In this document: positions 39,017-47,986 of the stretch, piece by piece
Numbering within the stretch: the stretch's first letter is position 1
How the letters are laid out: each line of letters starts with the position of its first letter
DNA from: a virus
Direction: 5' to 3' (one strand)
IMG/VR virus record: IMGVR_UViG_3300022745_000628
Span: 96,001-160,000 of that record
DNA: 64,000 bases
Notes under the pieces: model-generated
The model's input: only the letters and a program-made list of their open reading frames with translations
What the model was told of the DNA's origin: nothing
Databases searched by the model: none
Translations under genes and position numbers: made by a program

Positions 39017-39715
39017 ATGGTAAAACGCGCTGTTGTTAACGTAATTTATGGAGATCCATCGGATCACGCCATAACTACAGAAAATCATCGCCGATACGCT
39101 GAGAAATTGGGGTGTGATTATCGTGTAGTTAAGACGGTTAAGCCGGTGCGGCCACCAGTACCGGCTATGGATACCACGTACACATTCACACACGAGTGTT
39201 TTTTTAAGTTTGACGTCGCACAAGTTCTTAACGAATACGATCAGACGTTGTATTTAGACGGCGACATCGTCATAAGTCGCGCCTGCCCGAATATTTTCGA
39301 CTTTGTACCCCTCGAGAAGTACGGTTTTATTGACGAGCTCCTGTTGATGCGCCCAGAGCACGTCGAAACCATCAAATATTGGTTTGTAACTACTGGTTGG
39401 AACGATCCTTGGTGGAGTTTGAACGGCGGTGTGCTGGTTTTACCTAAAAACGGCGCTGAGTTCTATTCTTTCCACAAAGAGCTCGATTTTCAGTTCGCCA
39501 GCGACCAAAACATGCTGACATTGTCTATTCATGACAAACCTGACAAGTTTTTGCTGTTAGATCACCGGTTTAACCACTCTTACATGCATCACAAAGAGTT
39601 TTATCCAGGATTGCACGATGCCTGGATCATTCACATGGCTGGCATGGGGGCGTATCAATCGGTAAAAGAGCGCGATTTAGCGCTGACGCGGTGTTTGGAG
39701 ACATACGGACTCTAA
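39017..39715 (+). CDS. GT-A fold glycosyltransferase (GT8-like), copy 1
   Basis: FFKFDV...YDQTLYLDGD (DxD), LNGGVLVL, SDQNML, LLDHRFN, AWIIHMAG. Confidence 0.85.
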   Translation: MVKRAVVNVIYGDPSDHAITTENHRRYAEKLGCDYRVVKTVKPVRPPVPAMDTTYTFTHECFFKFDVAQVLNEYDQTLYLDGDIVISRACPNIFDFVPLEKYGFIDELLLMRPEHVETIKYWFVTTGWNDPWWSLNGGVLVLPKNGAEFYSFHKELDFQFASDQNMLTLSIHDKPDKFLLLDHRFNHSYMHHKEFYPGLHDAWIIHMAGMGAYQSVKERDLALTRCLETYGL

Positions 39716-39716
39716 A

Positions 39717-40394
39717 ATGGTCAAACGAGCTCTAGTTAACATAGCGTATGGCGCATCTGCGATCGCAGAATTAGCACTTACTCGTAAAAATCACCAACTT
39801 TACGCTAAAAATTGCGGCGCGGAGTACATTGAGCTCGTAAAAGACGTGCAATTGGCGTACGGACCAGCCGCTAAGTTCAAAATAGTCGAAATTGCTAAAG
39901 ATTTTGATCAAACGCTGATGATAGACACGGATACCGTGGTCTTTCAGCCAAACATCAATATTTTTGACACTTGTCCGGTCGGATGGTGGGGATTTGTAGA
40001 CGAACTACGGTACATACAGTTTCCGCTAGAAGAATTTGAGCAAACATTGCGGCATATCGCGGATATTTTACTGCAGCCACACGTTGTGCCGAAAATAAAC
40101 GTGAATTCTGGCGTACTTTTGCTGCCAAGAGACGCCAGCATATACTTGCCAGCCGAAAAACCGCTGCCAACGACCTGGTGCATTGAGCAAATTTGGCTGT
40201 CGTACCGTCTTTTAAGCACAAATGCCAATTATGTACGCCTGGATCCTCGTTTTAACTGGTGTAAGTTTTTTAGAGAATTCGAAAGCGGTCGCAAAGATGC
40301 CATTATTTTGCATTGGAATGATCGCACAGACCGAATCAATATGCTGCAGAAGCTCATGTTAGAGCTGCCTAAAAAGCTAGGTGGACTAAAATAA
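39717..40394 (+). CDS. GT-A fold glycosyltransferase (GT8-like), copy 2
   Basis: AKFKI...FDQTLMIDTD (DxD), VNSGVLLL, IEQIWL, RLDPRFNW, AIILHWN; N-terminus MVKRALVN versus MVKRAVVN in copy 1. Confidence 0.85.
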   Translation: MVKRALVNIAYGASAIAELALTRKNHQLYAKNCGAEYIELVKDVQLAYGPAAKFKIVEIAKDFDQTLMIDTDTVVFQPNINIFDTCPVGWWGFVDELRYIQFPLEEFEQTLRHIADILLQPHVVPKINVNSGVLLLPRDASIYLPAEKPLPTTWCIEQIWLSYRLLSTNANYVRLDPRFNWCKFFREFESGRKDAIILHWNDRTDRINMLQKLMLELPKKLGGLK

Positions 40395-40420
40395 AGGTAT
40401 TCACCCTTTACGAGGTCTAA

Positions 40421-40810
40421 ATGGCGCGCTCAATTAAAGTTACCTGGTCTGTAAGTCGTTATCGTGTTAACCGAGATGACGGTATTCGTGTCCGAATAGA
40501 GTTAACCGAAAACGAAGGCGTACCACTTGAATTGTTCGCGTATCGCATCGCGCCAGAAAATGGGGACACTGTAGCCACTTTTAGTCATATTTGCTCTCCG
40601 GCCGATATAGAAGAGTTTCCGGCGAACACAGCGAGCTCTACAGCCGTACCGCCATGGTTTCGGCTGGCATATGTAGATTTACTCCTCAGATCTACCGCAG
40701 AAGTTGATAATATAATAGCGATAGTCCAAGAAGACATTCAGCGGTTACTCGCTACCCTTAAACGAATGGAAACGTTGGTACCGACCGGTGACATCGTATT
40801 AACAGCATGA
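40421..40810 (+). CDS. hypothetical protein
   Basis: 129-aa ORF with a GAGGT SD. Confidence 0.75.
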   Translation: MARSIKVTWSVSRYRVNRDDGIRVRIELTENEGVPLELFAYRIAPENGDTVATFSHICSPADIEEFPANTASSTAVPPWFRLAYVDLLLRSTAEVDNIIAIVQEDIQRLLATLKRMETLVPTGDIVLTA

Positions 40811-41136
40811 CAGACCCCGTGTACAAACATTCTGTGGCTAACCTGGACGACCACGCAATTAAATTGCTAATGGCTAATCCAGAAGGTACTAAATTGTTAC
40901 CATGTCTTAGCCGACCTAAGAATGATTTGGGCACGCTACAGCCGGGAAACGCTAATTGTCAGACGTGCCAAGCGCAAAAGAACAAAATTAGAGCGCGAGC
41001 CATGAATATGGCGAAAGATTGCGTGATTAATGCTGACGCTAGCGCAATTTTAAAGCTAAAAACGCTGTTATCCGCGGCTACCATCAAAATACCGCGCACA
41101 TTGCCAAATGGCATGCAACAAGTGTTCGAAAGATAG
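40807..41136 (+). CDS. hypothetical protein with a CxxC motif
   Basis: 109 aa; PCL...CQTCQ; ATGA overlap with the upstream gene. Confidence 0.7.
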   Translation: MTDPVYKHSVANLDDHAIKLLMANPEGTKLLPCLSRPKNDLGTLQPGNANCQTCQAQKNKIRARAMNMAKDCVINADASAILKLKTLLSAATIKIPRTLPNGMQQVFER

Positions 41137-41161
41137 CTAAATTCAGAGGAAAAATGCGTCA

Positions 41162-41199
41162 TATACTCTGCACATACACTTAGCATTTAATTGTATGTG
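41162..41199. promoter_or_regulatory. TATACT box followed by operator-like palindrome 1 (CACATACA-N13-TGTATGTG)
   Basis: Perfect 8-bp inverted repeat at 41171-41178/41192-41199, 3 nt after TATACT (41162-41167). Confidence 0.55.
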
Positions 41200-41280
41200 A
41201 CCTGCCAAACGACTTCGTAAGAATTCGTTTAATTTACTACATCGCAAGGTGTATACTCTTCTTTAGTGTTTTCTTTCTCG

Positions 41281-41320
41281 GCCCCACACATACAGCTTTC
41301 TTAGTTTGTATGTGTGGGGC
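41281..41320. promoter_or_regulatory. palindrome 2 (GCCCCACACATACA-N12-TGTATGTGTGGGGC); operator and/or terminator
   Basis: Perfect 14-bp inverted repeat sharing the CACATACA/TGTATGTG core with palindrome 1; a second TATACTCT lies at 41252-41259. Confidence 0.65.
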
Positions 41321-41357
41321 TGCTTAGTTTTTAGCTATTGGCGATTAGGAGCTACAC

Positions 41358-41618
41358 ATGCTGACTGTGATTAAAAAAACCCGTAGCGGGCGCGTTGCAA
41401 ACGTAACTATCGAAGGTCTCGATATGGAAGAGCTGGAATCCCAAGCTGCGAAGCAAATGGCGATCGACGAATCCGGCCTGCACAACGCTGGTTTGACGTT
41501 TAATAGCTCTGCTATTTATCCGGTAGACGCGAACGGCGACGACGTTGTCGAATATGCGCCCGGCGCACAAGCGGTAACGCGCTGGCGCAAGGATTTTGAG
41601 GTTATGCAGGGGCTATAA
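41358..41618 (+). CDS. hypothetical protein
   Basis: 86 aa, AGGAG SD, first gene of the accessory module. Confidence 0.8.
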   Translation: MLTVIKKTRSGRVANVTIEGLDMEELESQAAKQMAIDESGLHNAGLTFNSSAIYPVDANGDDVVEYAPGAQAVTRWRKDFEVMQGL

Positions 41619-41656
41619 TCGGACTAACCGTCCGTTTTTTGTTTAAGGGGGTATTT

Positions 41657-42322
41657 GTGCATCCATTTCGTACCGCATTGACCAGTGTCGATTCTTTTGC
41701 AACTACTTTACTTGTAGTTGCAGTGCAAACATACGGCACCGAATGCCTCACTTGGACGCCAGATACCCTGTTAATAGAACTACAAGAAGACTTCAATTGT
41801 GTAGTTCCGCAAGAGAATCTAGATAAATTAATGGCCGCGGTGACTATCGTGACCACCGATCGATTTAGAGCATCTTTGCCAGATTTTATTGACATTTGTA
41901 ATGCTTTATCCGGCACTCCGCTGGATACTGCTGTGTTTGACCCGGCGGACACATACGAAATAGCCTGGGGAATGACAGAAGCAGAATTGTTGTGGCCGCA
42001 GCATGATACGGAGATCAATCCGCAAATAATCGGGTATATCGAAAACGTGCTGGCTGACGACAGCTTTATTAGAGCGCCAAAAATATTGCAACCGTTTATA
42101 CCCGACTTCGACAAGTCGGTTAATTTTGAAAACTTTGGCGATGCAGAAGATGCCGACATATACTCCGGCATGTTTCAAAACCAGCAAGAACGCGTACAAG
42201 ATGTAGACGCTGCAGTCGCTGGTAATATCGAAAAATTGAAATTACAGTTAACTAGCTTAAATCTCGAAAATGGCACTGGAGAAGACATTCTTCAGAAACT
42301 CTTCAAAGAAATGGCTGAATGA
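41657..42322 (+). CDS. acidic hypothetical protein
   Basis: GTG at 41657 follows an AAGGGGG SD (the ORF track starts at TTG 41639); helical and Asp/Glu-rich. Confidence 0.75.
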   Translation: MHPFRTALTSVDSFATTLLVVAVQTYGTECLTWTPDTLLIELQEDFNCVVPQENLDKLMAAVTIVTTDRFRASLPDFIDICNALSGTPLDTAVFDPADTYEIAWGMTEAELLWPQHDTEINPQIIGYIENVLADDSFIRAPKILQPFIPDFDKSVNFENFGDAEDADIYSGMFQNQQERVQDVDAAVAGNIEKLKLQLTSLNLENGTGEDILQKLFKEMAE

Positions 42323-43992
42323 GCGCACTGTTAAGCAAATGGCAGACGGAATTTGATTCATACGTGTTTTCAGGTTATCCCCTCCTGATGATCCCGACCA
42401 GTGAAGAAGGTCGCGTTAGAAACGATATAAATGGGTTTTGTAATGCACGCGGACTGTACCTAATAGAGTGGGACTGTGTCCGAGGTTTTTCTTCTGAAGA
42501 GCCGAATTTGGTTAAATCTATTGGTTTCGAACGCGGAGCCAGCGCGGCAGAAGATTATCGCAATCCACTGTTCGCTTTAGAAAAGATAACTAAAGAAGCT
42601 GGGCGCCCCGCGCATAATATCGTGTACTTGTTTAAAGATCTTGACGATTTCTACATGCAGAATAACCAACTTAGGCGAAAACTGCAAAATATGAGTCACG
42701 ACTTGGAAACCACGCACACGGTGCAAACGTTAGACGCCGAACAACGGTATTTTCAACCCGTGGTACTGCTGTCCAGTTCTGGCACGCTGCACGCCAAGCT
42801 GGCTAACTGTGTCGCGACACTGGAGTACAACCTACCAGTTGAAGAAGACTTCCTAGCAATGATCGAAAATTTAGCGCTGCAGCAGAAACTGAATGTGGCC
42901 GCCGAATTGAAAGAGCGCTTAGCTAAAAGCTTGGCCGGCTTAACATACATAGAAGGCGAAAACTGTACATATCGTGGAACACGTTTGTGCGACGGTATAA
43001 CGCCTGAGCTGCTTAAAGTCGTTAAAAACGAAAAGGCGCAGATTCTTAAACGCGGTGAGATACTGACCTATATCCCGGAAGACTCGCTAGGTACCGCGGA
43101 AGATGTCGGCGGATTTGATAACTTTAAAGCCTGGATAGAAAACCGTCGAAATTGCTACTCGCGGGAAGCTGCGGCAGCCGGCATTGAATATCCTAAAGGT
43201 GTTGGCTTGCTGGGTCCGCCGGGGACATGCAAATCGGTAGCTGCTAAGCTGATTTGTAAGACTCTTGGACTACCGGGTTACATATTCAACATCGGTGCGC
43301 TATTCGGCAAATATGTCGGCGAGAGCGAGCAGCGCGTACGCGACGCGATTAAACAAATCGAAGCACAACGCGGATGTGTGGTCGTAATGGACGAAGTGGA
43401 TAAGGCACTCGGCGGCACACACAATAGCGAAGGTGATAGCGGCGTGTCTAAGCGCGTGCTGGGCAGTATTCTTACGTGGTTAGCTGAAAAGACTTCGCCT
43501 ACGTTTGTAGTTATGACTATGAACCGTGTATCGGTGTTACCGCCAGAGTTTTTGCGTAGCGGCCGATTTGACGCTATATTCGCGACTGATTTACCAGATC
43601 GCGATGCTTGTAAAGAGATTGTCACAATTCATTTACGTAAACGCGGACGATTAAAAACATTGGCCGAGTTAGACAGCAGCGAATTAAAGTGGTCTAAAGT
43701 TCTTGGCGGTGTAGCTGATTTCTCTGGCGCCGAAATAGAAGCTGCTGTGGTGGAAGCACAGACAGTAGCCTTTACCCAGCGCGGAGTCCCGGATCCGACA
43801 GTTGACGAATTGTTAGATGCTATAAGTGTGACTGTCCCGTTAAGTCGTTCGCAAATGGATGAGATAAAATCCATGCGTGCTTATGTCACAGCTGGAAAAG
43901 CTAGACCTGTAAAATTACCGAGTGCTGCAGCCGTGACAGCTGCGCCACACAATAAAGTATCGAAGTCTCGAAACGTGGCTATTGGAGAGTGA
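42319..43992 (+). CDS. Ycf46-like AAA+ ATPase
   Basis: N-terminal YPLLMIPTSEEGR...WDCVRG degenerate domain; DVGGFDNFKAW; Walker A variant GPPGTCKS; LFGKYVGESEQRVR; Walker B VVMDEVDK; SRH PEFLRSGRFD; FSGAEIE. Confidence 0.9.
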   Translation: MSALLSKWQTEFDSYVFSGYPLLMIPTSEEGRVRNDINGFCNARGLYLIEWDCVRGFSSEEPNLVKSIGFERGASAAEDYRNPLFALEKITKEAGRPAHNIVYLFKDLDDFYMQNNQLRRKLQNMSHDLETTHTVQTLDAEQRYFQPVVLLSSSGTLHAKLANCVATLEYNLPVEEDFLAMIENLALQQKLNVAAELKERLAKSLAGLTYIEGENCTYRGTRLCDGITPELLKVVKNEKAQILKRGEILTYIPEDSLGTAEDVGGFDNFKAWIENRRNCYSREAAAAGIEYPKGVGLLGPPGTCKSVAAKLICKTLGLPGYIFNIGALFGKYVGESEQRVRDAIKQIEAQRGCVVVMDEVDKALGGTHNSEGDSGVSKRVLGSILTWLAEKTSPTFVVMTMNRVSVLPPEFLRSGRFDAIFATDLPDRDACKEIVTIHLRKRGRLKTLAELDSSELKWSKVLGGVADFSGAEIEAAVVEAQTVAFTQRGVPDPTVDELLDAISVTVPLSRSQMDEIKSMRAYVTAGKARPVKLPSAAAVTAAPHNKVSKSRNVAIGE

Positions 43993-43997
43993 GCGGA

Positions 43998-44366
43998 ATG
44001 AGTCATACAATTCAATGTAAGGTTAAATGCGACAATGGAGATGCGTTGCACAGTGCCTGCAAAATATTGGGCATTGCTAAACCTGTACGCGGTCGCCACC
44101 GCCTATTTGACGGCAATGTTGTCAACGGATTGGCGTTTAGATTAAAAGATTGGCTGTATGATGTAGTGGTAGACAGCTCCGGTACGCTGCACTACGACAA
44201 CTACAACGAGCGCTGGGGTAAGACTGAGGAGCTCGATACTTTTCTACAACGCTATGCTCTTGAAGCGGCTAAAGCTGCCGCTACAAGCAACGGTTACGAG
44301 TACGACGAGTACACGCAACCGGACGGATCCATCGAATTGGTTTGTAAAGAGGTGTTCAATGGCTGA
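43998..44366 (+). CDS. DUF1257 (Ycf35-like) protein
   Basis: MSH..Q..V....L..A...LG; YDNYNERWG; FLQRYA..AAK..A...GY pattern; directly downstream of the Ycf46-like ATPase. Confidence 0.75.
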   Translation: MSHTIQCKVKCDNGDALHSACKILGIAKPVRGRHRLFDGNVVNGLAFRLKDWLYDVVVDSSGTLHYDNYNERWGKTEELDTFLQRYALEAAKAAATSNGYEYDEYTQPDGSIELVCKEVFNG

Positions 44367-44571
44367 TATTCGAATCATCGTGCCAAAAACCGGGTTGGCT
44401 ACTGGCAAAACACACGTAAAAGTAGATGCCGTCGGCTTTAAAGGCCAAGGCTGCACTACGGCTACTAAAATCTTCAGTGACGCCATAGGTAAATCTGAAG
44501 TCGAAGAACTCAAACCTGAGTTTTACGAATCGCCGGACGAGCAGTTAAATCCAGAGCTCGAGTTTGAGTAA
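44359..44571 (+). CDS. DUF2997 family protein
   Basis: 70 aa from ATG 44359: VDAVGFKGQGCTTAT..FSDAIG....ELKPEFY, matching the G..G..C...T...LG...EFY signature. Confidence 0.8.
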   Translation: MADIRIIVPKTGLATGKTHVKVDAVGFKGQGCTTATKIFSDAIGKSEVEELKPEFYESPDEQLNPELEFE

Positions 44572-44848
44572 TATTCCGGCTGCAAAGTCTACACGACGCA
44601 GCAAAGCTCTGGCTCCGATAATGTTGGCACGCACCTCTGGCGGTCAATGCACTTTACGCCAGCGCGACGCGCAGAATTTACTGATAAATGACGCGTGGCG
44701 TACGTGGCTTGGCACTAAAAATGTCGCCGCCGATTTAAGATGCTTTAAAACTGTAAGTCATGCCGCAGATGCGGAGATATACAGCTTATTTGAAAAGTTC
44801 GTATACGAGCCTGTAACGTGGGGTGTAAGCTATGGCACAGAAACTTAG
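44564..44848 (+). CDS. hypothetical protein
   Basis: 94-aa ORF overlapping both neighbours in operon fashion. Confidence 0.6.
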   Translation: MSNIPAAKSTRRSKALAPIMLARTSGGQCTLRQRDAQNLLINDAWRTWLGTKNVAADLRCFKTVSHAADAEIYSLFEKFVYEPVTWGVSYGTET

Positions 44849-45152
44849 TATTAGAAAAGGCGGTGCCGTATACGCTATTTGTTCTGAAGAGTCCGTTAAA
44901 TTGCTAGAGACGTTAGGCAACATCAGCATTAAACGGGCGTCTCATGTAGAACCAGGTTCTGGACTTACATCCGACGCAAAAAGCTATCTGCATCGTATGC
45001 ATATCGATGCAAACAATTTTCAGAATAAATGGTTCGCTAATTTGTTACCAATAGCGGGGCCTGTGCTTGGCCCGTTTAATACTCGTACCGAAGCTGTAAC
45101 AGCAGAACTAAATTACATAGACAAAAACCTTGGGACAATAATACATGATTGA
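44832..45152 (+). CDS. hypothetical protein
   Basis: 106 aa; IKRASHVEP ... GPVLGPFNTRTEAVTAE motif of a type seen in small phage proteins. Confidence 0.75.
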   Translation: MAQKLSIRKGGAVYAICSEESVKLLETLGNISIKRASHVEPGSGLTSDAKSYLHRMHIDANNFQNKWFANLLPIAGPVLGPFNTRTEAVTAELNYIDKNLGTIIHD

Positions 45153-46248
45153 CTCCACAACACAATTTTTAGACGATAACGTAGTGCTGCTGTGCCCTAC
45201 GTTCAGTTATTGGCGCGGACAATACCAGTTATCGCTTGACGGAATTAAAACTACCGTTGGTGAAATCGAAGTCGATTTTGCGCAAGTGACCGCACCACGC
45301 GCTAAGCTGTTAACCGATGCGTATCCGTTAGACAAAGAGGGTACGCCGTGGAAAAAGCGCTTTAACCAGATTGAGTCTGCGCTAACGAAACTAAAGCAAA
45401 GATATTCCGTGCCGTTTCCGATTAATGGCGTGCGAATTATTCCAAAAGCCAAGGTAACAAGCTTTCTGGACGCTATATACGGCAATACGGTTGCCAGCTT
45501 GAAGTATCGATTCGAAAATACACCGGACTCCGATCCGTTCTATGTATCTACCAAAGATGCGTATGAGCGTGTCAAGCATTTACCGGATATGACTCCTTTG
45601 CCTGACAACAGCAAAGAAGAACAGTCGTTAGCGTATCAACTGTGGACTACTGCGCAAGATTTCGTAGCAAATCTTGATGATGTGTGGGACCAGCTGTCTA
45701 AAAAGAGCGTGGTGTGGGAAAGCGTCAAAAGCCGTGTTCCTAGAAGCGGCGCTGATATGTTGAGCCGCTTTCGTATTGACGTTGTCCCGATTGAATTGGC
45801 GACCCGTACTATAACAGCCGGCTCTACCGCGGATCTACTAAAACATAAAGATGTGGTACAAGAGACTTGTCGCCGCCGTGTTGCGGACGCTATTGAGGCT
45901 ATGGTGTCGGAACCGAGACAACAACTCGGCGAAGCGCTAGCAAACCTGTCGGATTTAATAGCTCGTGACGGGAAGTTAACCAGTCGTAGTTTTCAACCTG
46001 TTCGCGAAGCAATAGCAAAGATCAGGTTGTTTGATTGCGTCGCGGACGAAGACTTGATGCTTCAGATTGACGCTATGGAAAAGCGTTTAAATGTTACTAC
46101 GCCAAAATTGTTGAATACTGCGAATGCAGCGTCTAGTGGCTTCTCCGCGGCAATTAACAGTTTGTATACTGAGATCGATAGTGCAGACGCGAAAGCGAAT
46201 GCATTGAATAAGGCAATGGGTCGAGTACGCGCTATAAAGTTGGACTAG
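45145..46248 (+). CDS. DUF3150-like protein
   Basis: VVLLCPTFSYWRGQYQL, PRAKLL...FNQIES...YSVPFPINGVRIIP and a helical C-half resemble DUF3150. Confidence 0.55.
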   Translation: MIDSTTQFLDDNVVLLCPTFSYWRGQYQLSLDGIKTTVGEIEVDFAQVTAPRAKLLTDAYPLDKEGTPWKKRFNQIESALTKLKQRYSVPFPINGVRIIPKAKVTSFLDAIYGNTVASLKYRFENTPDSDPFYVSTKDAYERVKHLPDMTPLPDNSKEEQSLAYQLWTTAQDFVANLDDVWDQLSKKSVVWESVKSRVPRSGADMLSRFRIDVVPIELATRTITAGSTADLLKHKDVVQETCRRRVADAIEAMVSEPRQQLGEALANLSDLIARDGKLTSRSFQPVREAIAKIRLFDCVADEDLMLQIDAMEKRLNVTTPKLLNTANAASSGFSAAINSLYTEIDSADAKANALNKAMGRVRAIKLD

Positions 46249-46249
46249 T

Positions 46250-47092
46250 ATGTTTGGTTTTGGAAAAACAAAGCAAGACATATTAGAAACTAATGCCACA
46301 GGCGTACAAATTAATACGTCGATCCGTAACATGTTAGAACCGCTGCTAGCGCCTGACCAAGTGCATTACACTGATATGCAGCTGTTAAGAACTGCAGCTG
46401 TTGCCAGATTAAATTACATGCAGCAGGAATTGGCGATACGCAGTAGTTTAGCTAAGGCGCGTATTCAAGAACAGCGTGGGAAGCTTGGCCGTAATATGCT
46501 CACGAATGAGTACGGAAAAGAGTACGCTAAGACGGTTGTAAAACCATTAGCAAATCAACCGTCTGCGGCTACTCGACAAACTAACCCTGTGCTCACTTTT
46601 TTGTGGACCAGTGTTAGTCATTGGAGATGTAGCGACGCTACCGGGCAAATAGTTGACTTTGAAATAACAAAGATGACGGATGAACATCTTTGGACCACTA
46701 TAAATTGGTTAGTCTCAAATACTGTGTATTTGGCTGCATGTGCTAAGACGGCGCAAACCGGCAAATCTACACCTATCAGTAATTTAGAAGCTGCTACATG
46801 GTTGGCTGCGCAACCCGTCGTGATCGCGATGGTCTTCGAAGCGTTAAAGCGCCAGCTTACATTCTCGGATGCAACTGCTTTGTTCATAAGGATCCATATA
46901 AAAACGGACCGACAAGTGAATACAGCACCGCCGTGGAAACAGCCGTTCAGTAAGAACGCATTACCGGACTTAAAGGATAAGTTGGAAAAAACGGTACATG
47001 CGGAAAAAATTCGACAAAAACTCGGGACAAGAAACCGAGCGATCGCACTGGAAGATACAAGTGGTTCCGGGGAACACGAAACTCGGCCCTAA
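46250..47092 (+). CDS. hypothetical protein
   Basis: 280-aa ORF starting 1 nt after the upstream stop. Confidence 0.7.
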   Translation: MFGFGKTKQDILETNATGVQINTSIRNMLEPLLAPDQVHYTDMQLLRTAAVARLNYMQQELAIRSSLAKARIQEQRGKLGRNMLTNEYGKEYAKTVVKPLANQPSAATRQTNPVLTFLWTSVSHWRCSDATGQIVDFEITKMTDEHLWTTINWLVSNTVYLAACAKTAQTGKSTPISNLEAATWLAAQPVVIAMVFEALKRQLTFSDATALFIRIHIKTDRQVNTAPPWKQPFSKNALPDLKDKLEKTVHAEKIRQKLGTRNRAIALEDTSGSGEHETRP

Positions 47093-47747
47093 GATATTTT
47101 CATGGTCAGTAACCCCTGGTGCAAAACATAGTTGCCCAAAAGAAACTGAGACCTGCCGAGCATTATGTTACGCTAAGCACGGCTTCTTCCTCATGCGGAG
47201 TACCGCTGAGGCACATAAACGTAATCTCACGATGAGCAAACGCGCTACATTTGCTCCAAAGATGATCGCGTATTTGAAAACCAGCCGGGTGACTTGTGTG
47301 CGTATACACGCCGCAGGCGATTTTTACGACGTACACTACATACGAAAATGGCACCAAATAATGAGTGCCTTGCCAAATATCCAATTTTACGCGTATACCC
47401 GATCTTGGCAGGATGCTGTGATGTTGCGGAGTTTGGTGCGCTTAACACAGCTGCCAAACTTTAAACTGTGGTATTCATGTGATAGGAGTTCCGGCCGTCC
47501 GCCGGTAACCTATCGCGTCAATTGGGCATATCTTGCGGTGGACGATCTGGATAAGCCGGATTACGCCTGCGACTTAATATTTCGAGCCCGTAGAAATACA
47601 GTGCATAAGCGAATAAATGGTGTGTTAGTCTGTCCGGTTGAAAACGGGGTAGCCGCCAAATCAAAAATTACATGTACCACATGCGGAGTATGCTGGGACA
47701 ATAAAAAATTGCATGCCCTTGAACGAAAAATGAGTTTCGAGTGTTAG
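46998..47747 (+). CDS. Gp88-like protein (radical-SAM-related Cys cluster)
   Basis: GNTKLG...WSVTPG..SCP.....C...CYA; VRIHAAGDFYD..YIRKW; NIQFYAYTRSW. The true start may be GTG 47061. Confidence 0.8.
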   Translation: MRKKFDKNSGQETERSHWKIQVVPGNTKLGPKIFSWSVTPGAKHSCPKETETCRALCYAKHGFFLMRSTAEAHKRNLTMSKRATFAPKMIAYLKTSRVTCVRIHAAGDFYDVHYIRKWHQIMSALPNIQFYAYTRSWQDAVMLRSLVRLTQLPNFKLWYSCDRSSGRPPVTYRVNWAYLAVDDLDKPDYACDLIFRARRNTVHKRINGVLVCPVENGVAAKSKITCTTCGVCWDNKKLHALERKMSFEC

Positions 47748-47986
47748 TGCTTAATCGCAAACAGAACGAGTCGGTTTGTATATGGTTATCGCGTCAACAT
47801 TTGTTGGCGCTATTAGCCGATCCGGCGAACGAATTTTTGATTACCGTTAAGGTAACTAAAATTGCGCCAACTTCAGTGAAGTTAGGATTCACGTCCCCAC
47901 AAGAAGTAGTGATTCTACGAGAAGAGGTCAGCCAGCGACAGCAAGCTGATCGAATTAATTCGTTACAGACGAATACTACCGCTTAG
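47741..47986 (+). CDS. csrA: carbon storage regulator CsrA/RsmA homologue with a 16-aa insertion
   Basis: MLVLNRKQNESVCI ... ITVKVTKI...VKLGFTSPQEVVILREEV aligns with E. coli CsrA MLILTRRVGETLMI...VTVTVLGV...VRIGVNAPKEVSVHREEI; the RNA-binding Arg of (H/L)REE is retained. Confidence 0.9.
   Translation: MLVLNRKQNESVCIWLSRQHLLALLADPANEFLITVKVTKIAPTSVKLGFTSPQEVVILREEVSQRQQADRINSLQTNTTA

Noticed and set aside
11125-43992. Extracellular contractile injection system (Afp/PVC-like) rather than a phage
   Set aside because: A terminase, replication/recombination genes, a frameshifted chaperone pair and a long tape measure indicate a phage; the AAA+ ATPase is Ycf46-like with DUF1257/DUF2997 partners.
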